Shown: positions 10,724 through 20,000 of the stretch, piece by piece
How positions within the stretch are numbered: position 1 is the stretch's first letter
Layout of the letters: each line of letters opens with the position of its first letter
From: Priapulus caudatus
Lineage: Eukaryota
Assembly: GCF_000485595.1 (NCBI RefSeq)
Contig: NW_014577079.1
Coordinates: 530,393-550,392 of the forward strand
Length of the DNA: 20,000 nucleotides
Reading direction: 5' to 3'
Translations under genes and position numbers: made by a program
Notes under the pieces: model-generated
The model's input: the letters and a program-made list of their open reading frames with translations, nothing else
Told to the model about the DNA's origin: nothing
Databases searched by the model: none

Positions 10724-13700
10724 ATATATATGAACTTACGTATTGCGGTATTGCTGTAACAAACAACACTTCCACAAATGGCTTCTATATAACTGCAAAA
10801 CGGTGTGCTGGCATTTGCGCAATATTGGACAATTTTCTGATAATTTTAAAATTTTATCCCCTGCCAGGCCATCATAGGCCCTTATATCTATAATTAAGCA
10901 TGTAAGCATTATGAAACCTGTGTTTAACGCTGAGCACGTGAAAACCTTAAGAAGAGTAAAAAAGTTTAAGAAAATAGAAGATTTGTTCAAACATTTATTC
11001 TACATCACTGCTAAACGTTTCTTTATCAATGATATCAAAGTGTCGGCTATGATTATGAAGCACGCCAGGTATGGCACTAGAACGATAGAACTTGAATGAA
11101 TAGCGACAAGTTTACGACATAATCGCCGGAACAAAGCGCCGTCAAACAACTTCTGACCATGCAGTCAGCTCTATCTCATTTCACGTTTCACTCTCGACCA
11201 GAACAGAAACCCGTGATCTTGTCGCCTGTAGGAAGCCTGTACTGTTGCCGTTAATTTGCTGTTACGGCATCAGTAGGTGCAATAACCGACAGCTGGTGAT
11301 GACGATCGCTGCGAGTTGTTCGTAGATATAACACTCACAGAGACAGAATCCCACTGGGCTCTGTATATTATGGGTAACAGACAGCTACGCGTGAAATCGC
11401 GGATTTTGCCGATTTGAAATCACAGGCATCTTTATAACGATGTAAAAGGTTAAATGCTAACACCCACTAAATTCCAGCCATTCTAGTATCTATTACCTGC
11501 TACATGTTTCACCCACGTATCGGTCTGAAAATTATTACTGCCTCGTCTCCCACGCGGTAGGTCAGAATATGTAAATCAATTCATTAGAAATTAGAATTGG
11601 TTTATTACAAATCTATGTTAACCCAGCAGCAATACGGCTGATTGAGAGTTTAAATAAGAGTTGAGCAAACAAGTCACAGCCACACTTCTTTTAAAACAAC
11701 ACAGGTACATTTAACCCGGTGTTTAAATATTTATAAAACGTCTTAATACATATAATTATAACCTTATACAATAATTTTAACTTAACGTGATCATACTGCC
11801 ATATATATACAGTAAAATTTCTGCACAGAGCATTCAGTACATTACAGTACAAGACTAGTGTACATACACGCATACACGTAAAATATAGCACCCATACTTG
11901 TAGAGGAAGTTCAATTACATTGTACACTCTGCTAGATCGCCCGTTTAGTTACGTACTTACGTAAAAAACTACCGAGCGTGAATTAAATAAACTTACAAAC
12001 CCAAAATGTTAAAACTCTTAGCGGGAGAAATACGAAAGTGATCGTCGATATTACACGTATATATATCTATATATATATCTATATATATATATTGTACATG
12101 CAAGATTTTACTGAATCTTTCGAAAATGGTGCAGATACATGCTGCATAACTTCGTACATTGAATCTAATGTAAGACTAAGGTAATACACATGTTATATAT
12201 ATATATATATATATTAGGATAATTAAAACACTAATCATAATCACAGCGTTTAGAAATCAAGTGTTTGTTATTATATATAGATTCATCTACAAAGAAAACC
12301 TTTAAACATGTGTATCGGTGCAAGAATACAGTGATAAATGTCTTACGACTTGCACTAGCTGTCCTGGAACGCATTCATGCATGTTTTATACGTCTACCTT
12401 TTTTATGTATTCTAGCTCACAACTCATTACGTCCCGTTTAATTATAGCCTAGTAACAACATTTTAGGGACCGGCCTTTAAAAAAAGCGCAGAAATTTAAT
12501 GGATTTCAATACGTAATTATTAAAAAAACAAGAATGCTAATTATGATCAATCAACTTGTCTAACCAGCGGAAAATGGGTGTTCGGAAAATGGGTATGCTG
12601 TGTACAACTACAAGACGCGCACACTACTGATGGATGCACGTTAGGACTAATAGTAATAGATTCTTCGCAATTCGAACAAGGTAAAACACCCGTCTATATA
12701 TATATAGATCATACCGGTGGTACAAACAGTTCAGGAAGCTGTCATATTAAGCAGTGGAGACACTAACCTTCAACGACAGAATAATCAACACATAACCAGC
12801 CAGCTGATGCCATACAGGCGGCCGGTAGAATAGGACCAGCATCCGGTTTGCCTGTACTGACGGGAATAATAACCGATTGCCGAAGGATGCATATACCTAT
12901 TAATAATCGCGGTAGCGTTTACTATCACTCCGTATTTACATCCACGCCCGCAGGCAGGCATGCGCGCCCATGTAGGGATCGTGTTCATAATTGCTTTAAC
13001 ACGTCACAAATAGAGAATGCGGACACCCATTTGCTGGCTGCAGATGCAAAAGCGCCTATAGATTTCGAAATAAAATGCCTCTCAAAATGAGCCAAAATCC
13101 TACCGCCGGGGATCAATACACACTGCCACACTACAGAATTCCTGTTCCTTTATGCTCTACCCGCGCGCACGGGCACAATCGATACCGTCTCGTAAGACTA
13201 TAAATTCTACTTTAATTTCCGAATTGGTAAATTTACACGAACACCTCTAGAAATTACGCGCTAACATGATCTGTGCCTTGCAGCAGGGTTCCTTAGGGGG
13301 CAGGTATTGTAACGATACCGTAATGCAAATGTGCTTAGAGCGCGCGCCAGTTATTTGCATTCGGCTTCTGACATATTTTCACATCACTAGAACAAACACA
13401 GACGGGTCTTGCGAGCGCTGGAGTTCACAGTGCACCACGTATATATATATATACTACTACCATCATGGCCTCTTTGTTCTCTCTCCCAACCAAAGCTACA
13501 AGTAATCAATACTGGGTATGAATTATTAGCCACAATGTGCCCATCAATACGCACGCATTTGTAAATGACGCTAGCTAGGCCCATGAAAGAACATTATACA
13601 AGGCTCAATCCCCACAGCACAGAAAATACAGCTAGCGCGGCGGATGCAGCGAAAGGTCATCTTATAATCCCCGCTCTCAGAAGACTGCCAGATATGACGC

Positions 13701-13899
13701 CATTATACACAGCACTTCTAACGCGTTTAACATAAGTCAGTCGATATACGCCCGTCTACAGCATCGGGAATCAGAGTGTATTATTAGACGGGATTTGAAT
13801 ACTTCTTCATCAACGACGACTTATTTCTTGCCTTCGGATACATGTGCTTTATACGGCACGTCGCGCAGTCACCGGCTGTGCACGAGACAGAAGCCACTT

Positions 13900-13921
13900 G
13901 TGCTGCTGCTGCTGCTGCTGC
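13900..13921. repeat. (GCT)n microsatellite
   Basis: tgctgctgctgctgctgctgc. Confidence 0.9.
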
Positions 13922-16293
13922 ACAGTCAATAAAACGAAACATTCAGTATTTATATGCAAGCTTATGCATCTCGCTTTCTCTATTATATTATCATGCTATT
14001 CAACAACAACTTCAAATTATGCATTTCATAATATTGTATTCCAAATTGATTTGCTCAGCCCCTGACATAGATATAAACCCTCACACACACGACCGCATGC
14101 ACAGACGATGACAATAAATCGTGAACATTAATCCACGATAATGTCTTAACCCTGCATACTGAATCTTTATGTATACCTGTAAATTATTAATCAATTCAAA
14201 TTAGATTTTAACCTTTACAAAATTACATACAACGTTAGAATCCGCTATATCAATACATTGCAAAAAGATAGCAAAGCACAATAGGTAAACCAACTTCGGG
14301 CTGTATTTTAAAATCTTAAATTTGCATTTAATACTACATGACCTGGCTTGAACCCAATAAGACGTTTTCGTACAAATTGTTAAAAAATTAAAACCATTTC
14401 ATTGGCTCAGTTCTGCATAAAAAATTGCAAGTGTAATGCGTGTACTAAGTGATTTGACAATAAAAAAGAAAACAGCATGCAACGCTAACAGCAGGTTGAT
14501 AGTATTTTCCATATATATATATATTATTATAGGAGACAACGGGTTTGTAAGTAGTACTAGTAACTGGGGCCACACACACTACACTGTACAGACGACTGCT
14601 TACAAAGCTGTATCGCACTTTCGTAATAAATCTCTGTGCAGAAGCAAACAGATAACTGCACTTTAGCCGAACGTTAGCTTTGGATATAAAGAGCCGTAAC
14701 TATACCTAGTCTCAGTTCTCATAAAACATATCTACTACATATTTCTTCGACCCACAATTCTTCGACATGAACTGAAGCTAGGATGAAAAGCCGGGTTCGT
14801 GTTACTTAATTTTATTTTACTATTTTTTTGCACAAATATAATGTTAAAGAATTGTGGTTAATAGAGTGCAAAATAATATTATTAATGTAGGTATACCCGT
14901 AAACGTTTTTTGTATAGTAAACTGTCAAATGATTCTATTTTAAAATGCACTTCCATGTTTGCTGGTGTAAAACATCGCTAAAATATATAATTAATTAACG
15001 AATGTAATCGCTCTACGACAGCTTTATTTTACCAATGGAAGCACAATTTGATTCCAATCTATATATATATATATATGAAATAAAAAATACTGTCTACAGA
15101 CTACAATAATGTCAATATGATTCAGACAACACCAGATATTATGCAACTTAATTGCATGCTACTGAAGAGTTAGTTATACCATACATATTTAAGAATATAA
15201 TTGTAGCATGTTTACAGGATCAACACAAGTACATATATATATATGATTCTAACCAGATACTTATAATATTCAATACAGGTGTGAGCGCATACTTGGATTT
15301 ATGGCATTAACAATGGGAGAGCACAAGAATATTTCACATGTTCTCAAAACATGATGACAGACTGTTTACTTTTCAATGTCATATAATAACAGAAGAGGGC
15401 ACAAGAATTGTGCTCATTTTCAATCGGATTCACACTTACGTCAGGAGCTAATAGGTACAATCTGTTTTTTTATTATTCATTCCTGATAATAATTACTAAG
15501 TCTTCACTGCTGTCTCATATATTATTACACAAGCGTAACTCTCTCGTCCAACTACACGATGCATATTTCTTCACGACATTACACAATGCATGCTTTAGAA
15601 TACAAAAAGCGGCATACAATCCGCTATCAGGTACATAAAACGTAAACGCAATGTCGTACGTTCACGTCGCTGACCATGAATCTGGCGATACTTTGGTACA
15701 CACTTATCTTCACGCTGTGACAGATCATGGCAACACGTGAATCGCAGTGTAACATGCTCATCGCGGGAAGCTATATATTTCACGATACTAATACTACAAC
15801 AGGCAGGAATCTGGCACTCGCGTCTGCTGCGACTAGACACATCATCGACGCGTTGCACGGCTTTTACTACCAACGCCTCTCGCAAGTGAGATTCTTTTTT
15901 TGTTAGCATATGATACACAGCCACTGCGCACATAGCTACTGGAACGAACAGAACCATTTTAGAAGCCGGTAAAGCCAGCGAGGTTTGAGTTGAGCTACGT
16001 ACATGTGCGCTGGACAATGAGTAATTGTTATGAGAAAATGTATGTGCACGTGCAAGGTCAAAGACACGCACAACTACGACACTCGCACGAGCCATATCAT
16101 GCACACGTTTAGGGAAACCAACGACACATATAATATCTCTGACACGAATGGCAAGAATGCCACGAAGTGGACATATCAGAAAATTCAAAATTATATTAAC
16201 AACAGTCATTTCTCAATACAGTTATGTATATATTCGTTGAACATTTTTTGTGGCATAAAATGCAAAATAGACACATTCAGTTTTAATAAAGCT

Positions 16294-16297
<4 letters not shown>

Positions 16298-16335
<38 letters not shown>
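16298..16335. repeat. (TA)n microsatellite; shorter runs at ~12058-12091, 12194-12214 and 15060-15076
   Basis: Direct inspection. Confidence 0.95.
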
Positions 16336-16337
<2 letters not shown>

Positions 16338-16786
16338 TATTTGAATTTGACTGGAGGATATGCTCAATCATACATCTCAAATACATACAGAATATCTTCC
16401 ATCATTTCTCCTGGATTTTAGGACTGAAGTAACTCATTCAGGTCTACTATAATTGATAATTAAGCCACGAGAAGTAACTACTACTTTTGGTAGCAGCACA
16501 AGAAGTGGTACAGCGACCGATAAAACAATGGAAAGGGAACGTGCTGCGCTCGAGAGGACATTGGTTTAGCTGTGTAGTAGAACAAGGCTAGAAATTATGG
16601 CTCAAGCCTAGTTTAGCACATTATATATGCGAAAACACATTTACGGGGTCCCAAACTATCTTTGATCTAAATGAGCACGACCTATTTCGGTTACCGAGAA
16701 AATAATAGGCACGACGTCATGAACATAACAAGTAGAAGTACAAATGTTAATGATTTTGATCTACAACGATTACTTTATTAATATAT

Positions 16787-16960
16787 AGGACTGTGAAATT
16801 GTTCGGTGCTTATCTCTCTCAGTCTGGTAGAAGCCAAATAACTGATGTAGGAGGTACCTTCTCTAACAAGGACCCTATTGCATGTGGAGTATAACTCCTC
16901 TGTTATTTCTGATTTATGTTAATGACATGGCAAAGGCAGTTAACGTCAAACTTTTATTAT
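16787..16960 (+). mobile_element. LINE (L2/Crack/CR1 group) reverse transcriptase fragment, 5' piece
   Basis: With frameshift and deletion, translates ..FGAYLS..GRSQITDVGGTFSNKDPIACGV/PLLFLIYVNDMAKAVNVKLLLY. This is the RT segment around GVPQGS.LGPLLF.IY.ND up to the Y of YADD. Confidence 0.85.
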
Positions 16961-17993
16961 ATATACACAAAAAGCATGACTAGCACACTTATTTACATTG
17001 TGGTCCTTGTTTTGCTATGCCTTGAATCTAACAATTACACTACTATCAGCACTAACTATTGAAATATACAAATTTGTAGTTTTAACAGGTCATAATGGTA
17101 CATTCTCATAAGACAATACAAACTTTTCTTATGCCTAATTTCAACCGAATGCTTTTAGCGAAAATCATACTCCTCTGCCTCTAATGTTTTTACCTTTTCC
17201 ATCAGACATTTCTTAACACTATACTTAAACGCTGTGGCTATATGCCCGGCAGCCGGGCACGGTCTTCGATCTCCTAAATGCCCGGCAGTTCTTAACCCTA
17301 ACCCTAACCCTTGTTTACTTGAGATAACGCTGAAAATTAAAAACTGCCGAGCATTTAGGAAATCGAAGACCGTGCCTGGCAGCCGTCAGATATATGCCGG
17401 CAGCCGGGCATATAGCCACTCTGATACATATAGCCACACGCCCAACTAAAATAAACAGAATTTGTCCTAACTTGCTGTGGTAGAAAGTTCCAAGCTTCAA
17501 TTGCAGTATAAGTAAAAGAGTTTTCCCACTGCTTCCCACCCTCAGTTTAAAAATAGAGATCTCACCTTCCCTTGTATTGAAACTATGGACTTCTGACGTT
17601 AACATGAAACCTTCTGTCATATACTGTGGGCCAAGATTATGTAATATTTTAAAAACCCTATTGACCTTCAGTTGCATTACCCTGAAGGCCTGAACTCTAC
17701 AGGTACCCAATTTACAGCATTGAACTCTCTAGCACCTATGTGTGCTCTAGTACCTAGGTTGAGAACAAATCTAATGGCTTTATTTTGACACACTTGCAGC
17801 TTAGCCCTTGTGCGCTTTGTGAGACTGCTGTACCATATATACTGCTTGCATAGTCAAAATGACATTGAATTAGGGCAGAAACTAGTAATCTTTTACATGT
17901 CCTGTTTAAATACTTAGCTTTTCTGGAAAGAAATTTCAATCTATCTTTTACAACCTTAATTCCCGTTACCTCACCACTCATGGAGTCTTCCAT
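16961..17993 (-). mobile_element. Same LINE, inverted segment: C-terminal ORF2 and most of the 3'UTR
   Basis: Minus-strand remnants DSMSGE..KDRLKFLSRKAKYLNRTCKRLLVSALIQCHFDYASS, VFKILHNLGPQYM..EVHSFNTR, and WNFLPQQVRTNSVYFS|FKYSVKKCLMEKVKTLEAEEYDFR* (stop 17157-17155, after removing the nested MITE). 3'UTR follows with AGGACCACAATGTAAATAAG...GCTTTTTGTG. Confidence 0.85.
17230..17443. mobile_element. MITE-like element nested in the LINE, with internal (TAACCC)3
   Basis: Inverted arms of ~65 bp (GTGGCTATATGCCCGGCAGCCGGGCACGGTCTTCGAT..CCTAAATGC / GCATTTAGG..ATCGAAGACCGTGCC..GGCATATAGCCAC). Removing it restores the LINE reading frame (YFS|FKY) to within one base. It lies in an A-run with no clear TSD. 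Confidence 0.8.
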
Positions 17994-18103
17994 ATATATA
18001 TCCTTGGTAGTTATCCAATTTTATGAATTCAGAATTTTATTGTAAAAGTATGCTATGTATTGTATATGATGGATAATTGCCTAAATAAAAAAAATATAAA
18101 AAA
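17994..18103 (+). mobile_element. Same LINE, extreme 3' end with stem-loop and A-rich tail
   Basis: GGTAGTTATCCA (18006-18017) pairs with TGGATAATTGCC (18070-18081), followed by TAAATAAAAAAAATATAAAAAA. Confidence 0.65.
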
Positions 18104-18134
18104 TTACAACCACTATGCGGGGTACCATGTAGAG

Positions 18135-18232
18135 ACAATAATGTAACCCATAGTGATTCACTCAGGGGTTCCTCCAAAGAAAAGAATAGGCTCGCGTTGT
18201 AACCCTATCTTGTGTTTGGGTTACATTATTGT
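18135..18232. repeat. Inverted repeat, probable MITE remnant
   Basis: Perfect 16-bp inverted repeat ACAATAATGTAACCCA (18135-18150) / TGGGTTACATTATTGT (18217-18232). Confidence 0.6.
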
Positions 18233-18397
18233 ACATCTATAATCTAGATACCATGCTGCATGCATTTTAGTGTCACTGACATTTCGGGGATAAAAATATC
18301 AGTGCGAATGCACAATTGAACGGTTGGCAGGACTTGCATCACCAAGTAATTTACACAACATGTCATTAGAAGTAAAAAGAAGAGTGAATTTACTTAC

Positions 18398-18400
18398 CAT
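18398..18400 (-). CDS. elav: Probable first coding exon of the ELAV gene, contributing only the initiator ATG
   Basis: Minus strand reads gaagacgACCATG|GTAAGTA: Kozak-like ACC before ATG and a consensus donor. Phase 0 matches the acceptor at 9393. No minus-strand ATG in 18401-18706, consistent with a 5'UTR. Implied intron 18397-9394 (9004 bp). Confidence 0.65.
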
Positions 18401-18900
18401 GGTCGTCTTCGACTTCGCGTGAAGTTGCCTTTATAAAAGTGAGCAGTGGGTATAAACCAATCACGTTAACACAGTCTCTCGTTCTCAGGTGTGGCTGCTG
18501 AAATGTGTTCGCTTATTTTTCCAACACTATCTCCACACGTGGCGCACAGAGATGATCACTGCACTGTTGGTTGACGTGGGGAAAACGGGGAAGTGCCGGA
18601 CAAAATGGCGTGATCGTAGGAACAGAAATTTCTATTCCAGATAATACGTAGTTTTGTAAGATGACAACCTACAGTTTCCTCGTGTGAAGTGCCAGTACGG
18701 CTTAGACATAAAACCGAATGTTAACTTCACAAACGGAACAAAATAAATCAAGAAAAACGCAACGAAATCGCGACAAACTCTACGAACACAACCTTCTCTC
18801 CTCTCAGTGCTGAACTAAATAACGCGTGTTGGGTAACGTAGCACAAATTTAGCCCAATAACCGTGCGCGGATGAAATTGTATTCATGCGCATTAATTGCA
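18401..18900 (-). promoter_or_regulatory. Putative 5'UTR and promoter of the ELAV gene
   Basis: CpG-rich region directly upstream of ATG|GTAAGT. Contains YY1-like CAAAATGGCG (18601-18610), ETS-like GGAAGTG (~18589), CACGTG (~18536), CCAAT (~18457), and an Inr-like TTAGTT on the minus strand at ~18818-18813 followed by a U-rich leader. Confidence 0.45.
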
Positions 18901-19858
18901 GAAAATGTAGTTCTATGTCTGGCTTGTTTCATGAGCGCTATAACACGCGCGCAGCGAAGGCTTGCGGTTATATTCGACTAAAATATCAACATTATATATG
19001 TGAAGAGATGTTATGAATTCAATCAACGTGTATTGCTACGTGTTTGGTTTTAATAAGACATTTAAACGGCTCTTTAAAAACCCCGCGACCACCTCCAATG
19101 CGACCATTGACATGCGCAATCGTAGCCCCTCCACATACATCGTTTTGTCACCGGACACTGACACTGACAGTCCACTCATATCTAACCCGGTGCGTGACCT
19201 TGTTATTTTCTATTAAGACACACATGGTTATTATTCGAAATCATTATTAGAACTTGACTCTGGAACTATTGCTTGTTTTTCACAACTTGTCCCTTCATGA
19301 AACTAGGGAGGTCGAGCCGCATTATCAAGAATACTGTGCACATCGACTGACATGTCGTACATAGACAACGGCTGACCGTTTGTACATCGACACTGACACG
19401 AGTACGTACGTGGTCTTACGAAAACGATACGCGGTACACAGACCCCTTTCATATAGCTACATGTGCACTAACGCAACGATTTTAGGAACAGGGGTGTATT
19501 GACAATTAAAACATTCCACCGTCCACAGCTACGCTAATATGTGTTTGCTTCAGGTTATAACTACATAACGGATTAGTAATTCGCAAGTAATCATAATACC
19601 ACGAACCAATGTACATAAAAATGGGATAATTCAATAGGTATAAGGATATTATTATTCTATGGTATAGGTTCATATATACTGTAATTAATAAGGTGGTGCG
19701 TGACTTATGACGTGTAGAGATCGAGAAAAATACGACATCGATGGGGGAAATACCCAAATAATCCATAGAGGTTAAAACCACATTTTGTTGATATACATGC
19801 CGAAGTTGTTGACATATTAATTTTGCTGTGATTTCACAGTCTCTTATTAAATTTCACA

Positions 19859-19905
19859 GACACGCGCGCGCGCGCGCACGTGCACGCACACGCACACGCA
19901 CACGC

Positions 19906-19973
<68 letters not shown>

Positions 19974-20000
19974 CGACGACGACGACGACGACGACGACAC
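19859..20000. repeat. Compound (CG)n-(CACGCA)n-(CA)n-(CGA)n microsatellite
   Basis: Direct inspection. Confidence 0.95.

Noticed and set aside
15595..16209. 204-aa minus-strand ORF
   Set aside because: No recognisable motif or convincing exon structure; likely spurious.
17293..17310. Telomere or telomerase-healing scar
   Set aside because: Only three TAACCC units, internal to a MITE-like element.
17846..17856. TTGCATAGTCA, matching the 5' end of miR-153
   Set aside because: It is the antisense of LINE coding sequence (DYAS); the match ends at 11 nt and there is no hairpin.

Overview
Eukaryotic, probably invertebrate animal, genomic DNA; almost entirely intronic or regulatory. It holds the 5' part of a minus-strand ELAV/Hu RNA-binding-protein gene. 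One coding exon is clear (9393-9186: N-terminus plus first half of RRM1, with branch point, acceptor and donor). A probable first exon contributes only ATG (18400-18398, ACCATG|GTAAGT) about 9 kb upstream. I found no further ELAV exon in 1-9185. The introns carry several palindromic DNA-transposon-type insertions: an 836-bp foldback with a 7-bp target site duplication (TSD), 59-bp and 37-bp TIR-only elements with 9-bp and 8-bp TSDs, a 73-nt hairpin and other MITE-like pieces. They also carry a truncated L2/Crack-type LINE with a ~1-kb internal inversion between two (TA)n runs and a nested MITE, a 26-bp minisatellite, microsatellites, and RFX X-box and POU octamer motifs. I see no evidence for a new protein-coding system. 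The most notable signals are the ultra-short TIR-only insertions, the long dsRNA-forming foldback in the ELAV pre-mRNA, and the inverted LINE.
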